Shown here one piece after another: positions 26,709-34,420 of a stretch of 64,000 nt of DNA. The notes beneath the pieces are model-generated. The model saw only the letters and a program-made list of their open reading frames with translations. It made no database searches and was not told the DNA's origin. The DNA lies in contig CATZMZ010000008.1 of NCBI GenBank assembly GCA_958421945.1, positions 10,278-74,277 on the forward strand. Direction: 5' to 3'. The stretch's first letter is position 1; each line of letters starts with the position of its first letter. The translations under genes were made by a program, and so were the position numbers. Source of the stretch: an uncultured Eubacteriales bacterium (GTDB taxonomy: Bacteria; Bacillota; Clostridia; Christensenellales; Borkfalkiaceae).

Positions 26709-27848
26709 ATGAAAGCGGTCATAAACGCAAAAATTGTTACGGTAAATCATTATATTCCCGACGGCACGATTTTGATTGACGGCGACGAAATCGCCGCTTT
26801 CGGCAAGTCCAAAGAAATCGCGATTCCGGAAGGTACTGAAATAATTGACGCCAAAGGTTATTACGTAGGTCCCGGGCTTATAGACATTCATACTCACGCG
26901 GCGGATAATAAATGGATTTTCGAACACCCCGCCGAAACCTCCGAATTTATGCTTGGACACGGCGTTACGGGCGTTCTTCCCGCACTTTATTATAATCTGA
27001 ATAAAGCGCAATACTTAAAGGCGATTGACGATATCGTTGACGCAAACAAAAAGGGATCTTTTAAGAATTTTGTCGGTTTTTATATGGAAGGGCCGTATCT
27101 TAATCCGAATTTCGGTTGCGACAGGGAAAAGAATACTTGGAAAGGCGCTATCGTTAAAGACGATTACGATTTGTTAATCGATAAAGTGAAGGACTACGTT
27201 AAGGTTTGGTGTTTAGCTCCCGAACGCGAAGGCGTCGATAATTTCGTTAAGGACGTTAAAGCAGCTGTTCCTGATATCGTGTTTGCCGTCGCACACAGCG
27301 AAGCTACGCCGCAACAGGTTGAAAAATACATTCCATACGGTCTTAAAATCGGAACACACCATACTAATGCGACAGGCACGATTTTTAAATATTCGGAGTG
27401 CCGCGGCGTATGCGTTGACGAAGCAGTAAACTATAACGACGAAATTTACGCCGAATTGATTTCCGATAAAATGGGATTACACGTTGATCCTTATATGCAA
27501 AGACTTGTAAGAAAAATTAAAGGTGACGACCGTATTATTCTGATATCCGACCAGTTTGTTTCAGACGGACCCGTTCCGAAAGGATATGAAGAATCGGACG
27601 ATATTCATTTTGATTTTGCCGGAGAAATTGCCGGTTCGGGATTAACGCTCGATATAGCATGCAGAAACTTTATGATTCATACGGGCTGTTCCGTTTGCGA
27701 CGCATTTAAGTTCGCGTCCTATAATCCTTCAAAGGTGATAGGGCTTCCAAAACAGGGCTGTATACGTGTAGGCAATTTTGCCGATCTCGTATTCGTAGAT
27801 GATAATTTTAATGTAAAAAATGTTATTTTTAGAGGAGATAAATTATGA
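26709..27848 (+). CDS. Amidohydrolase, N-acetylglucosamine-6-phosphate deacetylase (NagA)-like
   Basis: 379 aa with the NagA-like N-terminus (...IVTVNHYIPDGTILIDGDEIAAFG...GPGLIDIHTHA...), the HxH metal motif, and C-terminal ...IRVGNFADLVFVD.... Confidence 0.6.
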   Translation: MKAVINAKIVTVNHYIPDGTILIDGDEIAAFGKSKEIAIPEGTEIIDAKGYYVGPGLIDIHTHAADNKWIFEHPAETSEFMLGHGVTGVLPALYYNLNKAQYLKAIDDIVDANKKGSFKNFVGFYMEGPYLNPNFGCDREKNTWKGAIVKDDYDLLIDKVKDYVKVWCLAPEREGVDNFVKDVKAAVPDIVFAVAHSEATPQQVEKYIPYGLKIGTHHTNATGTIFKYSECRGVCVDEAVNYNDEIYAELISDKMGLHVDPYMQRLVRKIKGDDRIILISDQFVSDGPVPKGYEESDDIHFDFAGEIAGSGLTLDIACRNFMIHTGCSVCDAFKFASYNPSKVIGLPKQGCIRVGNFADLVFVDDNFNVKNVIFRGDKL

Positions 27849-28813
27849 ACAAGATTTTTGAACCCGCAACCGATTTTGCTTTTAAACCTGCCGATTTCGT
27901 CCCGTTTAAAGACAGAGAAGTTTGCGAAAGATTGAGGAAAATGAGTGGTACAGAGCTTGAAAAACACGAAGCTTGGCAACATCCCGAATTCAACGTTAAA
28001 GTAATGATGAATCCGCATCCCGTTTTGATTGCGACTTTATTCTCGAGAATTAAAGAAGCTTCCGAAAAAGGCAAAAAATTCACCATGATTCTTGGCAATC
28101 CCGAGCCTGAAACTTATATTCCTTTGGCTCAACTGATTAACTACTTTAAAGTCGATTGCAGAAACGTTCATATTTTTGCTATGGACGAATGGGCTGACGA
28201 CCAAGGGCATATTGCTCCCGAAACCTACAAAGCGGGCTTTGCTCATTCTATGCTTAAATACCTCGTTTATCAAATCGATGAAAAACTCCGCATGCCTTTA
28301 TCGCAGGTTCACTATCCCACCGATAAAAATATTGCGTCCTATTCTGATATGATAACCGAAACGGGTGAGGGCGGAGCTGATATTTGCAGTTCTTCTCCCG
28401 GATGGACCGGCCACATGGCGTTTATCGACCCGGTTAGCGAATTTACTTGCGCGAAAGATATGGACGAATACCTTTCTATGAAAGCGAAAATCGTAACGCT
28501 TCATCCGCTTACGGTTGCTCAAAATTCATTGCACGGCGTTTTCGGTCAATCGGGTTACATTCAAGACGTTCCGCCGAAAGCGGCAACTATAGGACCTGTT
28601 GACGTTAAGAATGCGAGAGAGAGAATCGAAGTGCACGCATTGCTTACAAACAACACTTTCTCTTCATGGCAGAGAATGACGTCAAGACTCGTTCTTCACG
28701 GACCTGTTACTCCGTTAGTTCCGAGCTCGATGTTACAGCTTATGAAAACTCAGGTTTTGGTAAGCGACGAAATCGCCGCTCCGTTCGAGTGCTGGGAAAA
28801 AGTTGGTTACTAA
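27845..28813 (+). CDS. Glucosamine-6-phosphate deaminase/isomerase (NagB/6-phosphogluconolactonase superfamily)-like protein, long form
   Basis: 322 aa with ...MILGNPEPETYIPLAQLIN...VHIFAMDEWADD..., typical of the NagB fold. Its start overlaps the nagA-like stop. Confidence 0.55.
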   Translation: MNKIFEPATDFAFKPADFVPFKDREVCERLRKMSGTELEKHEAWQHPEFNVKVMMNPHPVLIATLFSRIKEASEKGKKFTMILGNPEPETYIPLAQLINYFKVDCRNVHIFAMDEWADDQGHIAPETYKAGFAHSMLKYLVYQIDEKLRMPLSQVHYPTDKNIASYSDMITETGEGGADICSSSPGWTGHMAFIDPVSEFTCAKDMDEYLSMKAKIVTLHPLTVAQNSLHGVFGQSGYIQDVPPKAATIGPVDVKNARERIEVHALLTNNTFSSWQRMTSRLVLHGPVTPLVPSSMLQLMKTQVLVSDEIAAPFECWEKVGY

Positions 28814-28839
28814 TAACTTAAAATTATAAATCATAAAAA

Positions 28840-28869
28840 GCGAGTAAATCCTGATATTTACTCGCTTTT
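28840..28869 (+). terminator. Hairpin with a short T-tail between the nagB-like and ceramidase-like genes
   Basis: GCGAGTAAAT-cctgat-ATTTACTCGC followed by TTTT. It lies 12 nt before the next ATG, so termination is probably partial. Confidence 0.45.
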
Positions 28870-28881
28870 AAGAGGTAAAAT

Positions 28882-30249
28882 ATGTCTGACATAAACAACT
28901 TAAAAGTGGGTTTTGCAAGGGTAAATATAACGCCTATGATGGGCATAAATATATCGGGTTATTTTCAAGTTCGTTTGGCTGATGGAGTTTTGGACGATAC
29001 CGAAATCAACGCGATTGCAGTAAACTCTTTAAATGATACTGTTTTAATGTTAAGCATAGATATATGCGGAATCACGGCGAACGTATTAAAAGAATTCAGA
29101 GAAAGAATTTCGGCAAAAACAGGTATTCCCGAGGATGCGATATATATCTCGAGCACACATACTCACACCGGTCCTATGATGTGGCCGATAAAAAATAAAA
29201 TTTACGGCGACGGAAAACTCGAAAAAGAATACAGAGAATTTTTAACAAAAAAGGCGATTGACGTTTCTTGTTTTGCTTTGGACGATTTAAAACCTGCCCA
29301 AATGGGTATAGGCGTCGGTATTGCGCCGAATATCAGCTTTTTAAGAAGATTCAGGATGAAAGACGGTTCTGTGGCAACAAACCCCGGACCTAATAACCCC
29401 GATATCGTTGCGCCGATAGGTGAGGTTGACGAGCGCGTAAACGTCGTTCGTTTTGACCGAGAAAATGCGGAAACCATTATTCTTGCAAACTTCGGTGACC
29501 ACCCCGATACAGTCGGAGGAAATAAAATTTCAGCCGACTGGCCCGGTTTTTTCAGAAGAGAAACGGAAAAGGCCCTCGACAACGTAAAGTGTATTTTCTT
29601 TAACGGCGCGCAAGGAGACGTCAACCATGTGAACGTTCATCCTAAGGGCGGAGATTTAAACGATATGTTTTTGGATTTCGATGACGTTGAAAGGGGATAT
29701 GGACACGCAAGATATATGGGCAGAGTCGTTGCGGGTGCTGTTTTACAGGTTTACGATAAAGTTGAATACTTAAACGTTTCCCAAATCAGATATATTCAAA
29801 AAACGATTAAAGTTCCGTCAAATAAGCCTACACCCGAAGAAATGCCTTTGGCAAGAAAGTATACCGAGCTTCATTTAGCGGGTAAGGATTCTGAAATTCC
29901 TTATAAGGGAATGATGTTGACGACTGTTATTGCGGCAGCAGAAAGAAAAGTGCTTCTGGAAAACGGACCGGATTATTTTGAAATGCCACTTTCTTGCATT
30001 TCAATAGGCGATATTGCGTTCGTAGGAATCCCCGGCGAACCTTTCTCCGGGATAGGTATTGAAATCAAAAAGACGGCAGGATGGAAAATGATTCTTCCAT
30101 GTTGCGCAACCAACGGTTGTGAAGGGTATTTCCCGATGAAAGAGGCTTATGACGAAGGCGGTTACGAGGCAGGCTCGTCGGAATTTAAGTCAGGTGTTGC
30201 CGAAATCATTATCGACGAAAGCAAAAAAGCTCTTGCGGAATTAAAGTAA
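28882..30249 (+). CDS. Neutral/alkaline ceramidase-like (non-lysosomal ceramidase N-terminal domain) family protein
   Basis: 455 aa with ...GFARVNITPMMGINISGYF...RLADGVLDD...YISSTHTHTGP..., resembling the ceramidase N-terminal domain. The substrate is unknown. Confidence 0.5.
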   Translation: MSDINNLKVGFARVNITPMMGINISGYFQVRLADGVLDDTEINAIAVNSLNDTVLMLSIDICGITANVLKEFRERISAKTGIPEDAIYISSTHTHTGPMMWPIKNKIYGDGKLEKEYREFLTKKAIDVSCFALDDLKPAQMGIGVGIAPNISFLRRFRMKDGSVATNPGPNNPDIVAPIGEVDERVNVVRFDRENAETIILANFGDHPDTVGGNKISADWPGFFRRETEKALDNVKCIFFNGAQGDVNHVNVHPKGGDLNDMFLDFDDVERGYGHARYMGRVVAGAVLQVYDKVEYLNVSQIRYIQKTIKVPSNKPTPEEMPLARKYTELHLAGKDSEIPYKGMMLTTVIAAAERKVLLENGPDYFEMPLSCISIGDIAFVGIPGEPFSGIGIEIKKTAGWKMILPCCATNGCEGYFPMKEAYDEGGYEAGSSEFKSGVAEIIIDESKKALAELK

Positions 30250-30299
30250 TTTCTATTTATTAAAATCATTTGTTTAATAATATTTTTAATAGCAAAAGG

Positions 30300-30333
30300 G
30301 GACTAACGCTTTATATTGTTAGTCCTTTTTTTT
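30300..30333 (+). terminator. Intrinsic terminator of the nagA-like cluster
   Basis: GGACTAAC-gctttatatt-GTTAGTCC followed by T8. Confidence 0.7.
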
Positions 30334-30428
30334 GTGTTTTAAGCAAAAATAAGTATTTATTAAACTACAACTTTATATACTTAATAAAACAAAAGGGTGA
30401 TATGCGGAGGAAATATGAAATAACGACT

Positions 30429-31496
30429 CTAAATCAAGGGGTTATTTTTATTCGAAATGGATAAGTTTTTGATTGCATTCTTTTTGGTATCCTCGGAAAT
30501 CGCTGCATAATGTTTTTTCGTCGTGTTTACATCCTTATGACCCAAACAATCGGCAACTACGTAAATATCGCCTGTTTGTCTGTATAAATTCGTGCCGAAC
30601 GTACTTCTTAATTTGTGGGGGGTAATTTTTTTTAACGGTGAAACGATTTGCGCATATTTTTTAACCAACTCTTGCACCTGTCGCGCAGAAATTCTTTTAT
30701 TTTGAAGGGATAAAAACAAGGCAGGGGATTCGATTTCTTCAATTTTGTTTTGTCTTAAAAGCATATAGTCTTTTAGGGCGTTTGCCACGTCGTTATTAAA
30801 ATACAAAATCGTGCGATTGCCGCCTTTTCGCGTCACAATAAAGCTGTTCGTATTAAAATCCAAGTCGGTAACGTTTAAGCCGACAAGCTCGCTGATACGT
30901 ATTCCTGTACCCAAAAAAAGCGTAATAATCGCTGTGTCCCTGACGCCTGTAATTTTATGGAACGCCGCTTGTTTTTTAGTTAAACCGTTTCCGCTTTCAA
31001 CGGTATACAACATATCACCGATTTCGTCCTTTTTATCGTTAGATTCCAAACGAATAATCTCTTTTTCGTGTATTTTGGGCATCGAAACTTTCGTCGGCGT
31101 GTTGGCAGACAACAAATTTCTATTAAAAAAATATTTAAAAAAAGCACGCAGGGTAGAGAGCTTTCTTGCTTTTCCGGTTTCGGTACACCGTTCTGGTTTT
31201 CCGTTAATTTCGTAATGATTGAGATGACTCAAATAATATTCAAAATCGGAAGGCTGCAACTTATCCAAATCGGATAAAGTAACGTCAATAACCGCTTTAT
31301 CGGTAAATACTTTTTTAGCTAAAAAATCATAGAATATCCGTAAATCGTAGGCATAGTTTAATCTTGTCAGTGCAGAGGTTCTCGGTTCAACGCCGATGAA
31401 AAAATCTTTAACATAATAGGGTAACTCGGAAATAATTTCCTTGCTTCTTATGGAGCAATTTATTTCTCTTTTTTCGTAATAGGATTTTTCTTTCAT
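30429..31496 (-). CDS. Tyrosine site-specific recombinase, Xer-like (single-recombinase XerS/XerH-like architecture)
   Basis: 355 aa from ATG 31496 (SD AGGGTG); the track start at 31505 is a GTG. It has an N-terminal SAM-like core-binding domain and catalytic-domain motifs: GTGIRISEL (Arg I), VTRKGGNRT, HKLRSTFGTNLY (H-x-x-R) and LGHKDVNTTKKHY (His plus Tyr nucleophile). There are no neighbouring phage or transposon genes. Confidence 0.85.
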   Translation of the reverse strand: MKEKSYYEKREINCSIRSKEIISELPYYVKDFFIGVEPRTSALTRLNYAYDLRIFYDFLAKKVFTDKAVIDVTLSDLDKLQPSDFEYYLSHLNHYEINGKPERCTETGKARKLSTLRAFFKYFFNRNLLSANTPTKVSMPKIHEKEIIRLESNDKKDEIGDMLYTVESGNGLTKKQAAFHKITGVRDTAIITLFLGTGIRISELVGLNVTDLDFNTNSFIVTRKGGNRTILYFNNDVANALKDYMLLRQNKIEEIESPALFLSLQNKRISARQVQELVKKYAQIVSPLKKITPHKLRSTFGTNLYRQTGDIYVVADCLGHKDVNTTKKHYAAISEDTKKNAIKNLSISNKNNPLI

Positions 31497-31605
31497 TTTT
31501 AACACCCTAATTCAATTTTATGTGAGTTTTAAAGGTAGGTTATTGTTCACTATTAATTGTAATTTTGATTTAAGCAAAAGAATAGGAGAACATAATCACA
31601 TATAT

Positions 31606-31643
31606 TTAACTATGCGCAAAACACAGCTTTTACGCATAGTTAA
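31606..31643. other. Candidate recombinase core site (dif-like): 16-bp inverted arms around a 6-bp spacer
   Basis: TTAACTATGCGCAAAA-CACAGC-TTTTACGCATAGTTAA. The arms are reverse complements with one mismatch. The site lies 110 bp upstream of the Xer-like gene, at the plus-to-minus gene-orientation switch. Confidence 0.4.
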
Positions 31644-31849
31644 GCTTATATATTTAAGATAACATATAAAAAAAGCATTGTCAAGTATAGTTAAGCAAAA
31701 ATCTTAAATATATTTTGTATAATAACTTTTTTAAGTGGTTTTTACGATTTTAGGATTCTTCGAATTTTAGCGTCGTATCGGATTGTTAAATATTTTTTAA
31801 TAATATTGTCTGACATAATGACTATTAAAAAGTATTGAATTTTATTTTC

Positions 31850-31878
31850 TTGACAATGTGTTATTATTATTGTATACT
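31850..31878 (+). promoter_or_regulatory. Sigma-A promoter of the PadR-like gene
   Basis: TTGACA (31850-31855), 17 nt, then TATACT (31873-31878). Confidence 0.6.
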
Positions 31879-31907
31879 TATTATAAGTTAATTACGGAGT
31901 ATTATTT

Positions 31908-33185
31908 ATGGAACAACCTGCAATTTCAAGCGATTTAATTCGCGGTCATATTGATACGATTATATTGCACACTTTACTTGACGGAGATAAATATGCCCAA
32001 CAAATCAGTTTATCCGTCGAAGAAAAAAGCGAAAAAAAATACACCATAAATCAAGCGACGCTGTACAGTTCGTTAAAAAGACTTGAAAGCTTAAATTTTG
32101 TTAGCTCTTACTGGTTTGACGCGTCCGACGGAAGAAGAAAATTTTTTAAGATTACAGAAAAAGGCAAACAAGAAGTTAATAATAATTTATCGTCTTGGGC
32201 TTTTTCGCGTCAAATTATTGATAAACTTATGGATTATAGCGAGCCTGAATCTAAAAAAAGTAATTTTAACGCTGTTCCGATAGTTCAAAAAGTCGTTTTT
32301 GAAGCAAAAAACACCGATAAACCTCAGGTTTTTTCACAAACGCAAGCCGAAAAGCCCGTTACAACGAATTATAGCGATATAAAAACGAATTCTATCCGTC
32401 CTATTGAAGAAAAAACCGAAAAAACGGTTGAAAACACGGTTAACGTCAGGACTGAAACGTTAAAAAATACCGAAAACGACGAAAGAGAGATAAATTTTAG
32501 GACGATTTTGAGCGGACTAATAAAAACTTCCGTAATAACTACTCCCGAAATTGAAGAAAATGACAAACAAACCATTGATAGAATCGATAACTCCGAAGCT
32601 GAAAAGCCTAAGTTCAACGAAACTATAAATTTAACCGATTACGGAGTGCGTTCCTTTAAAAATAGCGGAAACATAGATTACAGCGACTTGACGCAAAATG
32701 CAGCACAAGAAGGTTATAAGTTGAAAATTTCCGCTATGGATTCGGCAAAACCTGTCGGAAACGTATATTGCAACAAGGTTGATTTCTTTTCCGCTTTGAC
32801 GTTGTTCGTGCTTGTTTTTTTTGAGGTTTTATTTGCAGCCGTTGGCTTTTATAAGGAAAATTTTAAATTATTAAATGCCTCTGCACCTATTATTGTTGCG
32901 GCAATAATCGTTTTAGTATTTGCAATTAAACTTATAAATAACCCGTTGAAAACCGATTATAAATCATTGAACTCTAATAGAATCGTTACGTCTTGCATTT
33001 TATCATTTAACCTTTTATTATTGACGTTGGTAATAAACTTTTTGGCGGGAACGGATTTTAATAATCCATATAACGTTATGTCATACATAATCTCACCCAT
33101 TATCGCCTTTACCGATATAGTGATTTTCTTTATCGTTCAATATTGTTTTTCCAAATCGAAAGCATTTATCGTTAAAAGAAAATAG
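31908..33185 (+). CDS. PadR-family winged-helix regulator fused to a low-complexity linker and a 4-TM C-terminal domain
   Basis: The N-terminus (LIRGHIDTIILHTLLDGDKYAQQISLSVEEKS...INQATLYSSLKRLESLNFVSSYW...GRRKFFKITEKGK) is PadR-like. Residues about 290-420 form four hydrophobic helices. Confidence 0.75.
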   Translation: MEQPAISSDLIRGHIDTIILHTLLDGDKYAQQISLSVEEKSEKKYTINQATLYSSLKRLESLNFVSSYWFDASDGRRKFFKITEKGKQEVNNNLSSWAFSRQIIDKLMDYSEPESKKSNFNAVPIVQKVVFEAKNTDKPQVFSQTQAEKPVTTNYSDIKTNSIRPIEEKTEKTVENTVNVRTETLKNTENDEREINFRTILSGLIKTSVITTPEIEENDKQTIDRIDNSEAEKPKFNETINLTDYGVRSFKNSGNIDYSDLTQNAAQEGYKLKISAMDSAKPVGNVYCNKVDFFSALTLFVLVFFEVLFAAVGFYKENFKLLNASAPIIVAAIIVLVFAIKLINNPLKTDYKSLNSNRIVTSCILSFNLLLLTLVINFLAGTDFNNPYNVMSYIISPIIAFTDIVIFFIVQYCFSKSKAFIVKRK

Positions 33186-33208
33186 TCAACTATTTTGCTA
33201 AAACTTAT

Positions 33209-33242
33209 AAAAAATCCACCGTTAGCGGTGGATTTTTGTTTT
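33209..33242. terminator. Bidirectional intrinsic terminator (PadR-like gene and aldolase-like gene)
   Basis: A-run, ATCCACCG-ttag-CGGTGGAT, then TTTTGTTTT. Confidence 0.7.
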
Positions 33243-33291
33243 ATTATCAGGTTATGTGCTTTTAGTATAAATAATCTAAGTCTGTTTATAC

Positions 33292-34320
33292 TTATTTTAC
33301 CGAGCGACGATATTTTTCGGCTTCCCAGTTATTTATAAAGCTGACTTCTTTTTCGTTCATCGTGCTTACGGTAAGTCCGTTATTTTTAATAGTCGTTATA
33401 ACAAATAGGTATGCCGCAAGCGTTTCTTCAAGAGTGATTGCTTGTTTTAAGTCCGTCTTGTAAAAAACTTTCCCGTCTTTTACCGTCATAGTATCCGGAG
33501 AGTGTGCAAGAATATTATTTAAATATACAAGTTGGTCCGGATATAACGGATACTCGTCAAGATAATCTTTTTTAAGTCCGTTCCGGGAAACAAAATCTTT
33601 TACGCATTTTGTATCGGAAACGTATCCCCCGTTCATCTCCTTAAGAATTACCGCGTGGAAATCGTCCGCAAGTCCGAAATGCTTTCTAATCGTTTCGTTT
33701 ACGTCGGTATGCAGTGATTTAACCCTGTCGATATAATCGCTCGTAACGACCAACCCGTGATTTTTCATAAAAATAATTTCGGGATATTTCCCTTTTTCTT
33801 TTATAAAATCTTCAATTTTTTGCTTCATTGCGAGCGTAAGCTCGAATCCGGGGTTAATATACGGCAAGAAAATATAGCCGTAATCTTTATTTATAAATAA
33901 CTTTTCGGCTAAACTTTCCCCTTCTTTGCTACAAGTAAGAACGTTTGCATAAACGGAATGTGTGTGTATAACGTATTTTTTTAATATAGCATGGAATCCG
34001 ACCTCAACGCTGGGGCGAAGCGTAGGCATACCCGATATTGAAATAACCGAGTTTTTAGAGACCTCCGCGCTTTCCTTTTCGTAATCTTTCTTTATTGATA
34101 AATCAACCGATGCATAATAATCCGAAATCTTCTTTTTAGACACGGCAACGAAAGCGTTTTCGGGCGTAATATCCTTTAATCTATATCCGGACGCCTTAAT
34201 AAGCATAACCCCCTCTTTGTCATTTTTAACGGAAGTATTTCCACCTCCGCCTTGCGTGTAATCGGCACGGTTACCCGCATACGTTGAAATATCTACCAAA
34301 TCACGAATAGTTTGTTGCAT
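33292..34320 (-). CDS. Class II aldolase/adducin-domain protein resembling the aldolase half of bifunctional rhamnulose-1-phosphate aldolase/SDR
   Basis: 342 aa with ...ADYTQGGGGNTSVK...LIKASGYRLKDI...IHTHSVYANV.... It is adjacent to rhaA. No SDR domain is attached. Confidence 0.6.
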   Translation of the reverse strand: MQQTIRDLVDISTYAGNRADYTQGGGGNTSVKNDKEGVMLIKASGYRLKDITPENAFVAVSKKKISDYYASVDLSIKKDYEKESAEVSKNSVISISGMPTLRPSVEVGFHAILKKYVIHTHSVYANVLTCSKEGESLAEKLFINKDYGYIFLPYINPGFELTLAMKQKIEDFIKEKGKYPEIIFMKNHGLVVTSDYIDRVKSLHTDVNETIRKHFGLADDFHAVILKEMNGGYVSDTKCVKDFVSRNGLKKDYLDEYPLYPDQLVYLNNILAHSPDTMTVKDGKVFYKTDLKQAITLEETLAAYLFVITTIKNNGLTVSTMNEKEVSFINNWEAEKYRRSVK

Positions 34321-34373
34321 AATTTTCTCCTTAAATCTTCATATATATTGTTATTATGTTTATCTTTTGCGTT

Positions 34374-34406
34374 AAGCACAAACAAAGCCGCCCCGAGCGG
34401 GGCGGT
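34374..34406 (-). terminator. Intrinsic terminator after rhaA
   Basis: Minus strand ACCGCCCC-gctc-GGGGCGGC followed by TTTGTTTGTG. Confidence 0.55.
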
Positions 34407-34420
34407 TCTGCTTGAATAAG

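Noticed and set aside
30270-30464. 64-aa ORF downstream of the ceramidase-like gene
   Set aside because: It runs through the intrinsic terminator (30300-33) and into the 3' end of the recombinase gene on the other strand. It has no SD. It is spurious.
30339-31702. 12-nt direct repeat TTAAGCAAAAAT (30339-30350 and 31691-31702) flanking the recombinase gene, considered as the att sites of a minimal integrase-only mobile element
   Set aside because: The repeat is short, AT-rich and low-complexity, and a third partial copy lies at 31571. There are no other mobile-element genes and no tRNA target at this site. The recombinase has Xer-like rather than phage-integrase architecture, and the dif-like interpretation fits the gene-orientation switch better. 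The possibility is not fully excluded.
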